A DNA stretch of 64,000 bases from Bacillota bacterium (GTDB lineage Bacteria > Bacillota > Sulfobacillia > Sulfobacillales > JAIMBI01), in assembly GCA_021818685.1 (NCBI GenBank), contig JAKATP010000001.1:17997-81996 (forward strand), given 5' to 3'. How positions within the stretch are numbered: the first letter of the stretch is position 1; the number at the start of each line of letters is the position of its first letter. Below, piece after piece: positions 25,649 to 36,255 of the stretch. The notes under the pieces are model-generated. The model saw only the letters and a program-made list of their open reading frames with translations. It made no database searches and was not told the origin of the DNA. The translations under genes were made by a program, and so were the position numbers.

Positions 25649-27799
25649 ATGAATCATCGGGACAAGCTGGTATCGTGGGCGCGTCACCATCGGCAGTTTG
25701 GGGGGAGCGCCTTGACGGATCGCGCGCTTCCCCGACTCCGTGCCTCCTGGGCCCTCCTCGAAGACCGCGCCGCTCCGTGGGCGGGCCTCCTGGTGCTCGG
25801 GCTGGTACTGGGACAGGCCACCTTCTATCACCGTCCCGCGCCGTTCGCCTGGGGCATGCTGGTCGTCGTGTGGTCGGTTGACCGCCGGGACTATGGGTCC
25901 GCCCTCCTGGGGGCGGTGGCGGGCACCTTGATCGGCACCGGGCTTCTGCCGGCGCTGCTATTGGGTCTCTTGGGTATGGCCCTGATGGCGCTTGGCAACT
26001 GGCGTTTCCGCCCTCCCCTGGCGATTCTTTTGGGCCTCCTGGGATCCCTCGGACTTCTGTCGGTGGCGATGCCGTGGTCGTTGGCGGCCTCCCCTCTGGC
26101 CCTTCTCGCAGCGGGCGTGGGCGGAGCTACGGTGTGGCTCGGGCTTCGCGCCTGGCAGTATGTGGCCGAACCGCACCCCCGTCGCGAGCCGCTGGGGACG
26201 ACGCTGGCACTTTTCTCCTTCGCGGCGCTGGTAGCGGGCATGGAGGCGATCCACGTCGGCTGGTGGTGGCCGGGCCTCACACTCGGGGCGCTGGTGGTTC
26301 AAGTGGGAGCGGTGCTGGCTGGACCGGCGGGCGGCGCGCTCGCCGGGGCCACCTTGGGCGTGATCAGCGCGGTGGCGGGCGGGGGACTGGCCGACGTGGG
26401 GCTGCTCGTGGTGGCCGGCTTCGGTGCGGGTGTGGCCGGGCGGTCTCACTGGCGCTGGAGTGGAGTCGGGCTTTTGGTGGGATTCGCGGCTTACGCCCTC
26501 TACCTGAATACGCCGGCACGGCTCACCCCGCTGGCTCTGTCCCTCCTGGTTGGGGTCGCGCTGTTCAGCGTCCTGCCAAACGCCGTGTTTGGGATCCTGG
26601 AGGCGTGGCTCAGGCCCTTGGCCGATGCGGGATTGGGGCAGGCACGGAATCGCCTGCCCAAAGTGGCGGAGGTGCTGGAAGAAATGACGGGGGTGCTGAC
26701 GTGGCCGGACGATGACCGTCGGGATCCGAGTCCGGTTGAGCGCGTGGTTCGTGACGTTTGCCGACGTTGCTCGCTGTATCGGCGATGTTGGGAGGACGAC
26801 TTCTATCGCTCATATCGGGCGGTGCAGGACGAGATCAAGCGGGCGGAGGGGCGTCCGGTTAGCCCCGAGGATCTCGGCGCCTATCTCGATGAGGTCTGCA
26901 TCAAGCCAGAACGGGTCGCATTGAGCATCAACGCTATCGCGGATCGCAACGCGCGCGCCGCCCGCCACCACGAGGAGGCGACCGAAATCCGCAGCACGAT
27001 GCACGCGCACCTGAAGAGTCTATCGGCGCTGGTGGCGGACATGGCGGAAGATCTGGCGCGGGCCCCGGCCGTACGCCCCGCGGGACCACGTCTCCGGGTG
27101 ACGGCGGCGGCGGCCAAACGGCCCCGCCCAGGAGGTCAGGTGAGCGGCGATACGGTCCTCATCGAGGAGATCACAGACGGGCGGATCGTGGTGGGACTTT
27201 CGGACGGTATGGGCATGGGTCCCGATGCCGCCCTCGAATCGGGAGCGGCCGTAAACCTCCTCACCGAGGTACTGCGGCGCGGCTTCTCGCAGACGCTGGC
27301 CGTCCGGGTCGTCAACACCGCCCTCGTGTTTCGTTCGAGCGAGGAGCGGTTTGCGACCATGGATCTGACCCTCTTGGACCTCGACGGCTACCGCGCCGAA
27401 CTCCTGAAACTCGCGGCGCCGCCCACTTTCTGGCGGCGGAAGAATCATGTCGACGTGATCCGGGTCGAAGCGCTCCCGATCGGTATCCTGCGTGAAGTCC
27501 GCCAAGAGCCCGTTTATCATAGTATCGAGCCCGGAGACGTCGTGGCCATGGTGACGGACGGGGCGCTCGGGCCGCCCGACAGCCCCGGTGAGGAGACCTT
27601 CTCCGAGCTTTTCCGGACGATTCCCGTGACGCGAGCCGACGTGATGGCTGAAAGTCTCCTGCACCTCATGGAGGAGCGACTCGGATCGGGGCCCGACGAC
27701 GCGGCCGTGCTGGTGGCGATCGTGGCAGGTTCGCAGGCGCGGGTGCCGGTGCGGGTTGATGACCAAATCATTGGTGAATGGCGGCGGGTGACGCGCTGA
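25649..27799 (+). CDS. spoIIE: stage II sporulation protein E (membrane PP2C phosphatase)
   Basis: Long polytopic N-terminal region and a C-terminal PP2C block SGDTVLIEE...GLSDGMGMGPDAA...ATMDLTLLDL...VAMVTDG. The start is uncertain: TTG 25598, ATG 25649, or TTG 25712 (the last with SD GGGGGGAG). Confidence 0.9.
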   Translation: MNHRDKLVSWARHHRQFGGSALTDRALPRLRASWALLEDRAAPWAGLLVLGLVLGQATFYHRPAPFAWGMLVVVWSVDRRDYGSALLGAVAGTLIGTGLLPALLLGLLGMALMALGNWRFRPPLAILLGLLGSLGLLSVAMPWSLAASPLALLAAGVGGATVWLGLRAWQYVAEPHPRREPLGTTLALFSFAALVAGMEAIHVGWWWPGLTLGALVVQVGAVLAGPAGGALAGATLGVISAVAGGGLADVGLLVVAGFGAGVAGRSHWRWSGVGLLVGFAAYALYLNTPARLTPLALSLLVGVALFSVLPNAVFGILEAWLRPLADAGLGQARNRLPKVAEVLEEMTGVLTWPDDDRRDPSPVERVVRDVCRRCSLYRRCWEDDFYRSYRAVQDEIKRAEGRPVSPEDLGAYLDEVCIKPERVALSINAIADRNARAARHHEEATEIRSTMHAHLKSLSALVADMAEDLARAPAVRPAGPRLRVTAAAAKRPRPGGQVSGDTVLIEEITDGRIVVGLSDGMGMGPDAALESGAAVNLLTEVLRRGFSQTLAVRVVNTALVFRSSEERFATMDLTLLDLDGYRAELLKLAAPPTFWRRKNHVDVIRVEALPIGILREVRQEPVYHSIEPGDVVAMVTDGALGPPDSPGEETFSELFRTIPVTRADVMAESLLHLMEERLGSGPDDAAVLVAIVAGSQARVPVRVDDQIIGEWRRVTR

Positions 27800-27822
27800 C
27801 CGCCGCCGGGGAAGGTGGGGCG

Positions 27823-29139
27823 ATGGCGCGGCATCCGCTTATCGACCGGTTCTTGGCCGACATGGAGCACACCATGCTCTTGCCGCCGGGCGCTGCCCTC
27901 ACCGTTGGGGTATCGGGCGGGGGCGATTCCATGGCGCTCCTGGCCCTCTTGCGCGAGGGAGTTCCCCGATTCCGGTGGGACGTCACCGCGGTGCACGTGA
28001 ATCACGGACTCCGTCTCGATGCATCCGCGGACGAGGAGTTCGTGCGACGCTGGTGCGAGGGGGCCTCCGTGCGCTTTGACGCCGTCCGAGTGGCGGTGGC
28101 TCCGGGCCAGGGACGCTCGCTCGAGATGGCGGCCCGCGATGCGCGGCGGCACGCGCTGGTGGAGAAGGCCCGGGCGCGAGACGCGCTATTGGTTCTCGGT
28201 CATCAGGCAGACGACCAGGCGGAGACCGTGCTGTTTCGGATTCTCCGTGGGACGGGTGTGGGCGGCCTCGCGGCCATGCGGCCGCGGGTGGGCCGGATCG
28301 TGCGCCCGCTCCTTTCGTATCGCCGTGAGAATTTGCGAGACATGCTCACGGCCCTCGCCATTCCCTGGCGAGATGATGCCAGCAACGAGGATCGGGAAAT
28401 CGTCCGCAACCGTATCCGGCACGAGCTCTTGCCGCACCTGGCGGAAACCTACAACCCCCGCATCACGGAGGCGCTGATTCGTCTCTCGCGCGCCGCTCGG
28501 GCGCTGGACGATTGGGCAGCGGCGGAAGCTTGGAGCTGGTGCGAGGAACATCTGCTGCCGCTCGCTGATGACGGGGGTCTCCGACTTTCCACGTTCATGG
28601 AGCTCCCGGAGGGGCTCGGGCGGCAGGTCCTGCGGATGGCGGCCCTGCGTCTTCAGATGCGCGTCACCGAAGAGCAGCTCGACCGGGCGATCACGGGAGA
28701 GGCGGTGTGGCCCGGACACCATCGGGTCACCCGTGAGGGCGAGGACCTCGTCATCAGGCGAAGATCCCGGCCGGTATCCTGGCCGGATGACGCAGCGGTA
28801 CCCCTCTGGCCGGGGAAGGTGGCCCTGCCGGTGGGCTGTCTCGTGACCGCCAAGGATGGGCCAGGACCGCTTCGGCTGAAAGTGTCCGCCCACGTCGACG
28901 AGCTCCGTGTACGGGGATGGCGGCCCGGAGACCGAATCCGGAAGCCGGCTGGCCACCGTAAGCTGCAGGACGTCTTTGTCGATGCCAAAGTTCCGCGGGC
29001 GCTGAGGTCTGCGTGGCCGGTGCTGGTCGACCGCGCGGACTCCGTGGTGATGGTCCCGGGACTTGCGATCGACGCCAGGTGGTGTGCGCAAAGAGGTGAG
29101 CCTGGCTGGTCGGTGTGCTGGGAGCGTGACCCCGCCTAG
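27823..29139 (+). CDS. tilS: tRNA(Ile)-lysidine synthase
   Basis: PP-loop VGVSGGGDSMALLALL, HVNHGLR and LGHQADDQAETVLFR. ATG 27823; the track ORF from 27778 overlaps spoIIE. Confidence 0.92.
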   Translation: MARHPLIDRFLADMEHTMLLPPGAALTVGVSGGGDSMALLALLREGVPRFRWDVTAVHVNHGLRLDASADEEFVRRWCEGASVRFDAVRVAVAPGQGRSLEMAARDARRHALVEKARARDALLVLGHQADDQAETVLFRILRGTGVGGLAAMRPRVGRIVRPLLSYRRENLRDMLTALAIPWRDDASNEDREIVRNRIRHELLPHLAETYNPRITEALIRLSRAARALDDWAAAEAWSWCEEHLLPLADDGGLRLSTFMELPEGLGRQVLRMAALRLQMRVTEEQLDRAITGEAVWPGHHRVTREGEDLVIRRRSRPVSWPDDAAVPLWPGKVALPVGCLVTAKDGPGPLRLKVSAHVDELRVRGWRPGDRIRKPAGHRKLQDVFVDAKVPRALRSAWPVLVDRADSVVMVPGLAIDARWCAQRGEPGWSVCWERDPA

Positions 29140-29175
29140 GGCCCGCCAAGCGTTCGGTCAGGCAAGGAGGATTGG

Positions 29176-30300
29176 GTGGACACGGACGTGGTCGTCGTAG
29201 GGCTCGGCGCAATGGGTACGGCCGCGGCCCTCGCCTTCGCACGCGCGGGGGCTCGCGTGATCGGATTGGAAGCAGAGCCGGTGGTCGGTCATGCCGTGGG
29301 GTCATCGCACGGTGAGTCCCGTATCATCCGGCAGGCATATTTTGAAGATCCCGCGTATGTGCCGCTGGTGCAGGAGGCCTGGGACGGGTGGCAGAAGCTT
29401 GAGCGGGACACGGGCGCATCCTTGCTCACTCGCACGGGCGGACTCATGATCGGACGGCCGGAGGCAGACGTGGTGGCGGGCAGTGTGCGAAGCGCCCGGC
29501 TCCACGGGCTGTCGCACGAGCTCCTGTCGGCGAACGAGGCACGCCGGCGCTTTGGACAGTTTCGGTGGCGTGACGACGAGCTCGCCGTCTTCGAACCGAT
29601 GGCCGGTGTCTTGCGGCCCGAGGTCGGGGTGCGCCTCGCCGCAGATGAGGCGCGTGCAAAAGGCGCGGACCTGCGATGGGGCCGGCGTGTCACGGGTATC
29701 ACATCCGACGGGCGAGGGGTCCGGGTCGTATGCAGCGATGGCGGAGCTGTGCGGGCGTCGTGGGCCGTGCTAGCGGTGGGGGCGTGGTCCAACGCGTACC
29801 TGGGAGATCGTTTGAAGCTTCAGGTCGAGCGCCAGGTACAGCTTTGGTTTCCTTGGGAGCATGCCGGGCGTTGTACGCCCGCCACATCCCCCGTTTTCAT
29901 CCACGAGGCGCCCGGAGGGGGTCAGTACTACGGCTTTCCGAGTTTGGACGGACAGACCATGAAAGTGGCGCGCCATCATGGCGGGCAGGTGACCGAGCCC
30001 GACCGCCTCGCGCGCGGTTTGGAGGAGGATGACTGGCGGCCGCTCCTGGACGAGGCGCGGGAACTCGTGCCGGGACTCCGGAATGGGCCGCCCACGCGGG
30101 CAGCCGTCTGCATGTACACGAACTCGCCCGACGGCCACTTTATCGTGGGTCGGCATCCGGAGCGGGCACAGATCGTCGTGCTGGCCGGCTTTTCCGGTCA
30201 CGGGTTCAAGTTCGCGCCCGCCATTGGCCGCTTGGCTCGCGATCTCGTGTTGGGCGGCGCCGCTCCCCTCCCGCTGTTTGACCCGGCGCGCTTTATGTGA
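29176..30300 (+). CDS. FAD-dependent amine oxidase, monomeric sarcosine oxidase / N-methyltryptophan oxidase family
   Basis: VVVVGLGAMGTAAA (dinucleotide fold), SSHGESRIIRQAY and AAVCMYTNSPDGHFIVG (covalent-FAD Cys context of the MSOX family). Confidence 0.8.
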   Translation: MDTDVVVVGLGAMGTAAALAFARAGARVIGLEAEPVVGHAVGSSHGESRIIRQAYFEDPAYVPLVQEAWDGWQKLERDTGASLLTRTGGLMIGRPEADVVAGSVRSARLHGLSHELLSANEARRRFGQFRWRDDELAVFEPMAGVLRPEVGVRLAADEARAKGADLRWGRRVTGITSDGRGVRVVCSDGGAVRASWAVLAVGAWSNAYLGDRLKLQVERQVQLWFPWEHAGRCTPATSPVFIHEAPGGGQYYGFPSLDGQTMKVARHHGGQVTEPDRLARGLEEDDWRPLLDEARELVPGLRNGPPTRAAVCMYTNSPDGHFIVGRHPERAQIVVLAGFSGHGFKFAPAIGRLARDLVLGGAAPLPLFDPARFM

Positions 30301-30311
30301 CGGCCGGGAGA

Positions 30312-30737
30312 TCAGCTGCGAACGCCGGCCTCATACACCTGTACGCCTAATATGGCCAGGATGAGCACATGAAGCGTGGAGCACCAGATGCAGATATGGT
30401 GCAGCACATCGAATTCCACGAAAACGAGATAGATGACCACGATGGCGCCGGCGATGCTCCAGGCCATCAAGTAGGATCGTATCCGCTCCGATTGCCGTGA
30501 CATGAGAACGAGGGCGCCCGTCACGAGAAACCAGAACAGGCCCCAGAGGGGAACGGGGATGCCCAGCACGACCGACTCCGGGCTCGTCAGCACGTTCTCA
30601 CAGTTGATAAGCCCATGAGCCTGGCTTCCGAGACAGTAGAGCGGTACCCCCGTGTCATAGTGGAGCACGGTCAGATAAGCCGCAATGACGATACCCACGG
30701 CACTCATGAGGAGGAGGGCGAAACGCCGTGCCGTCAT
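30312..30737 (-). CDS. vitamin K epoxide reductase (VKOR) family membrane protein
   Basis: Loop cysteines at ...[16 protein letters not shown]..., redox CxxC at [10 protein letters not shown], and 4-5 TM segments. ATG 30737 overlaps the upstream stop (ATGA). Confidence 0.8.
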   Translation of the reverse strand: MTARRFALLLMSAVGIVIAAYLTVLHYDTGVPLYCLGSQAHGLINCENVLTSPESVVLGIPVPLWGLFWFLVTGALVLMSRQSERIRSYLMAWSIAGAIVVIYLVFVEFDVLHHICIWCSTLHVLILAILGVQVYEAGVRS

Positions 30738-31645
30738 GGCACGCCCGGCAGGATGCTCTCCGCCGTGGAGATGCTGCTCTGGTCGCACACGGACGCGGGC
30801 CGGTTGCCGTCGGAGCGGCAGATGGCCGCGGTGAATTCGTTAGCGTTGGCCAGAATCGCGTCGGCGATAGCGCCCTGGCCGGAATGCACATCGCCTAAAA
30901 TGGCGGACCAGCTGGCCCCGGTCAGGACGCCGGGAGAATAGGGCGCCGAAATCCACAGATAGTGTCCACCGATTAGGATGAAGGGAATCGGATACGTACC
31001 TGCCTGGGTGGTGGCGGGTACGTAGGGCGGGACGTCATACCGCTTCAACATGGCGGCCTGATAAGCGGTGAGCCGCTGTACAGGTACGCCCTGACGGTTG
31101 TACTCTTCCACCAGCTGTGCCGAGATGTAGCGGCTGTGGTAGGTCGCGCCGCGATACGACATGGTCGGCGTATTCGGGAAAACATCGGTGGGAGACGAAT
31201 GCATGTACTTCAAGCCCGAAAAGCTGCCAAAGCGGGATAGCGCGATCGTGAGCGCCCAGCGGGTGGCGGCGCAGAACGGGCAGTACTCTCCGCCGATATA
31301 AAGGACCGTGGGGGCATGCAGCGCCATCGGGCGGGCCACCGCGGGCTGGGTGGACTGCTGGATGCCGACCGGATTCCAGGTCGACGCCGGAATCGTCGTC
31401 AGCTCCGTGACGATCGAGGCGGGAATGGGTTTACCGTTGTCGGCCGATACCGTGGGGCTGGTGGAAAGGGCCGAGAAGGCGATCACCACGACCACCGCCA
31501 CCAGAATACCTGCGAAGACCCAGGCCACGAGCGGTACCTGAAAGCCGCGATATTTGTCTTTGTAGCTTGCGGATCCACCTGGCTTGCGGCCAGACTTCTT
31601 GCCGCTCTTTTCCAATGTCGCCGCCTCCTGTTGCGTCCTTCCCAT
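30734..31645 (-). CDS. DUF929-family thioredoxin-like protein with N-terminal membrane anchor
   Basis: A TM anchor ([21 protein letters not shown]) followed by [18 protein letters not shown], the CPFC motif typical of DUF929. ATG 31645; the track ORF from 31753 is over-extended. Confidence 0.7.
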   Translation of the reverse strand: MGRTQQEAATLEKSGKKSGRKPGGSASYKDKYRGFQVPLVAWVFAGILVAVVVVIAFSALSTSPTVSADNGKPIPASIVTELTTIPASTWNPVGIQQSTQPAVARPMALHAPTVLYIGGEYCPFCAATRWALTIALSRFGSFSGLKYMHSSPTDVFPNTPTMSYRGATYHSRYISAQLVEEYNRQGVPVQRLTAYQAAMLKRYDVPPYVPATTQAGTYPIPFILIGGHYLWISAPYSPGVLTGASWSAILGDVHSGQGAIADAILANANEFTAAICRSDGNRPASVCDQSSISTAESILPGVP

Positions 31646-31775
31646 CCCCGGTTCCTCTGTCTCGCGACCAACCGATGGGGGCTCACATGTCGACCTATTG
31701 TAGCGCCTGTCTGTTAAGGGGAAAACTGAGACCAGGCTTGGAATGAGGTTCACTCCCGGACCGGGAAGTTCTCTG

Positions 31776-31784
31776 TGCTATAAT
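31776..31784 (+). promoter_or_regulatory. extended -10 element upstream of ftsH
   Basis: TGCTATAAT (TGn + TATAAT) at 31776-31784, about 40 nt upstream of the ftsH ATG. The -35 is weak. Confidence 0.4.
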
Positions 31785-31825
31785 GAAGCGCTTTTTTGGC
31801 GGCTCGCTTGCGAAAGGGGAGACCC

Positions 31826-33643
31826 ATGACCGGTCGTTGGCTTCGAGGCGTGGTCACCATTGTGCTCGTGGTGCTGTTTGTGGCCACGCTGATGGAGCTC
31901 CTAAACAGCCAGAGCACCCCCGTGCAGACTAAGCCCTTGAGTCAGGTCATGACCTTGGCGAAGAAACACCAGGTCGCGTCCGCCCAGGTTAATCCGCAGA
32001 ACGACCAGATTACCGTGACGCTCACGAACGGGAGCCACTTCAACGCGGTGTATCCGACGAGCGCCACGAACTTTTGGGCTCTCGAACTGATGAAGTACGG
32101 CGTCCAGCCGGTCACGGTGCTGAAGCCCGCCACCACGTCCTTCTGGCTGAGCCTAGCCGGCAACTTCCTGCCCCTCTTGCTGGTGGCGGGGCTCCTGTAT
32201 GTGCTGTTCAGTCAGACACAGGGCGGCGGTAACCGGGTCATGCAGTTTGGAAAAAGTCGGGCCCGGCTCCATACGGATGATCGTCGGCGCGTCACCTTCG
32301 ACGATGTGGCAGGGGTGGAAGAAGAGAAGCAGGAACTCATGGAGATCGTGGACTTCCTGCGCTATCCGAAGAAATACTTGGAGCTTGGCGCACGCATTCC
32401 CAAGGGGGTGCTGCTGTTCGGAGAGCCAGGCACCGGCAAGACCCTTTTGGCGCGGGCGGTGGCCGGCGAGGCGGGGGTGCCGTTCTTCTCCGACAGTGGG
32501 TCGGACTTCGTCGAGATGTTTGTCGGAGTGGGCGCATCGCGTGTGCGCGATTTGTTTGACCAGGCCAAGAAAAACGCACCCTGCATCGTCTTCATTGACG
32601 AGATTGATGCGGTCGGACGCATGCGCGGCGCTGGCTACGGAGGTGGCCACGACGAGCGTGAGCAGACGCTGAACCAACTCCTCGTGGAGATGGACGGCTT
32701 TGGCGTGAACGAAGGCATCATCGTCATTGCGGCTACCAACCGGCCCGACGTGCTTGACCCGGCGCTCCTCCGGCCGGGCCGCTTTGACCGGCAGATTGTT
32801 GTGCATCGGCCCGACGTCAAGGGCCGCGTGGCGATCCTCGAGGTGCACACCCGCGGCAAGCCGCTCGACAAGGATGTCGTCCTCCACACGATTGCCAAGC
32901 GCACGCCGGGATTCACCGGTGCGGACCTGGCCAACCTGGCCAACGAGGCCGCCCTCCTGGCCGCACGCGAGCGCGCCAAGCGGATCCATATGAAGCACTT
33001 CGAAGAGGCGACCGAACGCGTGATGGCCGGACCCCAAAAGAAGTCCCGCGTCATCAGCGAGAAGGAGAAGCGGACCGTGGCCTTCCACGAGTCCGGGCAT
33101 ACGCTGGTCGGCATGCTGACCGCACACGGCGATCCCGTCCACAAGGTGACCATCGTGCCGCGCGGGATGGCGATGGGCTATACAATGCCCCTGCCGGAGG
33201 AGGATCGCTATCTCATCACGCGCGACGAGATGTTGGATCAGGTGTGCATGTCCCTCGGTGGCCGCGCGGCCGAGGAGCTCGTGTTTGGCGAGATTTCGAC
33301 CGGAGCCCAGGATGACCTGGAGAAGTCAACCAAGCTGGTACGCCGCATGATCACCGAATACGGCATGTCCGATGAGCTCGGGCCGATGACGTATGGTACC
33401 CGCCATGACCAGGTGTTCTTGGGGCGCGACCTGATGCGTGATCGGGATTACAGCGAAGAGGTGGCCTCGGCCATCGATCGCGAGGTGCGTCACATCGTGA
33501 TGCAGCAGTACGACCGCGCCAAGAGCATCCTGCGCAATCACCGCGACGTGCTGAACCGGATGGCTCAGGCCCTGGTGGAGAAGGAAACCCTCGCAGCCGA
33601 GGAGATCCTGGCCCTCGTGGGTCCGGCCGAGCGGGCGAGCTGA
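31826..33643 (+). CDS. ftsH: ATP-dependent zinc metalloprotease FtsH
   Basis: Walker [12 protein letters not shown], Walker [13 protein letters not shown] region [19 protein letters not shown], and zinc site HESGHTL. Confidence 0.97.
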   Translation: MTGRWLRGVVTIVLVVLFVATLMELLNSQSTPVQTKPLSQVMTLAKKHQVASAQVNPQNDQITVTLTNGSHFNAVYPTSATNFWALELMKYGVQPVTVLKPATTSFWLSLAGNFLPLLLVAGLLYVLFSQTQGGGNRVMQFGKSRARLHTDDRRRVTFDDVAGVEEEKQELMEIVDFLRYPKKYLELGARIPKGVLLFGEPGTGKTLLARAVAGEAGVPFFSDSGSDFVEMFVGVGASRVRDLFDQAKKNAPCIVFIDEIDAVGRMRGAGYGGGHDEREQTLNQLLVEMDGFGVNEGIIVIAATNRPDVLDPALLRPGRFDRQIVVHRPDVKGRVAILEVHTRGKPLDKDVVLHTIAKRTPGFTGADLANLANEAALLAARERAKRIHMKHFEEATERVMAGPQKKSRVISEKEKRTVAFHESGHTLVGMLTAHGDPVHKVTIVPRGMAMGYTMPLPEEDRYLITRDEMLDQVCMSLGGRAAEELVFGEISTGAQDDLEKSTKLVRRMITEYGMSDELGPMTYGTRHDQVFLGRDLMRDRDYSEEVASAIDREVRHIVMQQYDRAKSILRNHRDVLNRMAQALVEKETLAAEEILALVGPAERAS

Positions 33644-33698
33644 TTCGCCGCTCGCCCGTGCCGCGTTCCGGGGAAGACTGAGCCCGAGGGGGGAGCCT

Positions 33699-34979
33699 GT
33701 GTTCGCCGGTTCCGCACATGACGGGGTATCGGTATACGTGTACCCGACCGATCGCTTCAAGACCCTCTCGCTCTACGCCTGCTGGGTGGGGGAACTCGAC
33801 GCCGCCACGGCGGCGCCGAACGCTCTCGTTGCGTATTGCCTACGGCGGGGAACCAGGGACTGGCCTACGTTTACCGCCATGCAGGCCCATCTGGAGGAGC
33901 TTTACGGAGCATCTTTCCGGGCCGATGTCGGCAAGCTCGGCGAGCATCAACTCCTCTCCTTTCGTCTCGAGATCCCGGACGGGCGATACCTGCCCGGCCA
34001 TCCGGACACATTGGGGGCCGGCCTCGATTTCCTACAAGCGGTCATGCAGTCGCCGCACCTCACCGTGGCGGGAGAGTTCCCCGACGACGTCGTGGGGCAG
34101 GAAAAGGACCTCTTGCGGCGCCAGATTGAAGGCCTCATCAACGATAAGGCGCAATATGCGGTCCTGCGCTGCATTGAGGCCATGGCGGACGGGGCCAAAT
34201 TTGGCGTACCGCGGTACGGCCGGGTGGAGGATCTGGACGGCATCGACCAGCAGACCGTAGCGGCCCGTTGGCGGGAGGGTCGCAGACGCTGGCCGCTCCT
34301 GGTGTTTGGTGTCGGCGCGATAGATGCGGCCGACTTCGAAGCGGCCGTGCGCGATCGCTTCCAGGGGCCCGAAAGGGCCCGGTCGCTTCGGCCGTCCAAG
34401 CCGTTTACGGCTACGCATGAGGGGCGTCTTTTGGTGGATGAGGAGGATGTGCGGCAGGGGAAGCTCCACCTTGGTCTCGCGACCGGGGTGCGGCTGCCAG
34501 ATGCCGACTATCCCGCTCTCATGATGTACACCGGGGTGCTGGGAAGCTTCCCGCACTCGAAACTGTTTGTGAATGTCCGCGAGAAGGCGAGCCTCGCCTA
34601 CTACGCCTACGCGCGGGTGGACGCGGCCCTGGGGCTCATGATGATTGGCGCCGGCATCGAGTTCTCGAACTTCCGCTCCGCGCTCGATATCATACGCCGT
34701 CAGCTCGACGACATGCGCGAAGGGCGGATAAGTGAGGACGAGATGGCGTTCACGCTCGAAAGCTTCACGAACGAGCTCAAGGCTGAGGCAGACTCCCCGT
34801 CGGCCCTGATTGGCCGGGAGTTGGAGCGGCGGCTTTTGGGCGGCGGCCCCACCAGCGAGGAACTGGAAGAGAGCCTGGCGCGGGTGACCCGTGATGACGT
34901 GGAGAGGATTGCTGCGCAGGTGGACCTGGACCTCATCTACTTTCTCACCGCGCGTGGGGAGGTGCCGGCGTATGCGTGA
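33699..34979 (+). CDS. M16-family (pitrilysin-like) peptidase subunit lacking the HxxEH motif
   Basis: 426 aa with an insulinase-like architecture. I see no HxxEH. Paired with and translationally overlapping the next M16 gene (YmfF/YmfH-like arrangement). Confidence 0.7.
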   Translation: MFAGSAHDGVSVYVYPTDRFKTLSLYACWVGELDAATAAPNALVAYCLRRGTRDWPTFTAMQAHLEELYGASFRADVGKLGEHQLLSFRLEIPDGRYLPGHPDTLGAGLDFLQAVMQSPHLTVAGEFPDDVVGQEKDLLRRQIEGLINDKAQYAVLRCIEAMADGAKFGVPRYGRVEDLDGIDQQTVAARWREGRRRWPLLVFGVGAIDAADFEAAVRDRFQGPERARSLRPSKPFTATHEGRLLVDEEDVRQGKLHLGLATGVRLPDADYPALMMYTGVLGSFPHSKLFVNVREKASLAYYAYARVDAALGLMMIGAGIEFSNFRSALDIIRRQLDDMREGRISEDEMAFTLESFTNELKAEADSPSALIGRELERRLLGGGPTSEELEESLARVTRDDVERIAAQVDLDLIYFLTARGEVPAYA

Positions 34980-36255
34980 GACCGAACCCCTCATACAAGA
35001 GACGCTGGTCACCGAGGAGTTGCCCTCGGGCTTGCGGGTGTCGGTCATTCCCCGTCGCGGACAGCGCCGAACCTACGCGACTTTCGCGACCTACTACGGG
35101 TCCATTGACAGCCATTTCCGGTTGCCGGAATCGGGCCAGACAGTAGATGTGCCGGACGGCATTGCCCATTTTCTGGAGCACAAACTGTTCGAGAAGCCGG
35201 ACGGCGACGTCATGTCCGATTTCAGTCGGCTCGGTGCCAGCACCAATGCCTATACCGAGTACCTCACAACCACGTATTTGTTCTCGACGACCGAGCACCG
35301 TGAAAAGTGTCTGGAGATCCTCCTGAATTTCGTCCAGGACCCTTACTTCACGCCCGAGAATGTGGAGAAGGAAAAGGGCATCATCGAGCAGGAGATCCGG
35401 ATGTACCTTGATATGCCCGGAGATCGCCTGCACTCAAATCTGATGCGGGCGCTGTACGTTCGCCATCCGGTGCGGCTCGACATTGCGGGATCGGTGGAAT
35501 CGATCCGTCAGATTACACCCGAGGAGCTTTACCAGTGCTACCGCACGTTTTACCATCCGTCCAACATGTGGGTGTTTGTGGACGGCGACGTCGATCCCGA
35601 CCGCGTCATTGCCGCGGTCTTTGAAAACCAGGCGGGCCGAGACTACAAGCGCCAGCCGCCGATCCCGCGCATCCTGCCGGAAGAGCCGCCGACCATTCAT
35701 CAGGAGCGTATCGCCCAGCGCATGCCCGTAGCACTTCCCATGCTGGCCATCGGTTACAAAGATCCGGTAGAGAACCTTAGCGGCCCAGCACTGGCGCGCC
35801 GTGAGCTCGTGACCGACCTCATGTGGAGTCTCGCGATCGGACGGTCGTCGGCGCTCTTTTTTGAGCTTTACGAAGCCGGCCTCATCAACGACCGCTTCGG
35901 TGCGCAGTTCGAGGCTGCTCCCAGCTATGCGTACTCTGTCCTGAGCGGCGAAACCCGGGATCCGGACGCGCTTCTCGAACGCATCGAACGGGGGCTGCAA
36001 AAGGTCCACTTTGACGAGAAGGCCCTCGAACGCCACAAGCGTCGTCATCGCGGACAGTATCTGGCCCTCTTCAACAACCCGGGTCAGCTCGCCTATGCCC
36101 ACAACAGCTTTTACGTGCGGCAGGTAGACCTCTTTCATTACTTGGAAGACCTGGACGGCATTACGCTTGCCGCGATCGAAGAGCGATTTCACGAGCACGT
36201 ACGCGCGGACCGGCGGGCGCTCTCGTTGATTGAACCGGAGGATGCGAAGCGGTGA
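34972..36255 (+). CDS. M16-family zinc peptidase (HxxEH-containing subunit)
   Basis: GIAHFLEHKLFEK is the inverted zincin HxxEH motif. ATG 34972 has SD GGGGAGGTG and overlaps the upstream stop by 8 nt. Confidence 0.8.
   Translation: MRETEPLIQETLVTEELPSGLRVSVIPRRGQRRTYATFATYYGSIDSHFRLPESGQTVDVPDGIAHFLEHKLFEKPDGDVMSDFSRLGASTNAYTEYLTTTYLFSTTEHREKCLEILLNFVQDPYFTPENVEKEKGIIEQEIRMYLDMPGDRLHSNLMRALYVRHPVRLDIAGSVESIRQITPEELYQCYRTFYHPSNMWVFVDGDVDPDRVIAAVFENQAGRDYKRQPPIPRILPEEPPTIHQERIAQRMPVALPMLAIGYKDPVENLSGPALARRELVTDLMWSLAIGRSSALFFELYEAGLINDRFGAQFEAAPSYAYSVLSGETRDPDALLERIERGLQKVHFDEKALERHKRRHRGQYLALFNNPGQLAYAHNSFYVRQVDLFHYLEDLDGITLAAIEERFHEHVRADRRALSLIEPEDAKR

Noticed and set aside
25570-25650. Spo0A boxes (TGTCGAA) expected upstream of spoIIE.
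   Set aside because: Only partial matches are present (TGTCGGT at about 25611, plus TTCGGGT). That is not enough to call a 0A box without a matrix score.
25535-25711. Possible TPP (THI-box) riboswitch in the leader of the thiD-thiE-tenA operon (minus strand).
   Set aside because: The context is right, and fragments resemble the aptamer (GCCTGACAGC versus GCTGAGA; ACCCGAATCAGGATGTTAACGTGAGAA versus ACCC..AACCTGATCTGGATAATGCCAGCGTAGGGAA). The invariant CTGAGA is not intact, however, and the P4/P5 pairing segment is missing. I cannot support a riboswitch call by eye. An Infernal scan with RF00059 would settle it. If it is truly absent, thiamine control of this operon needs another explanation.
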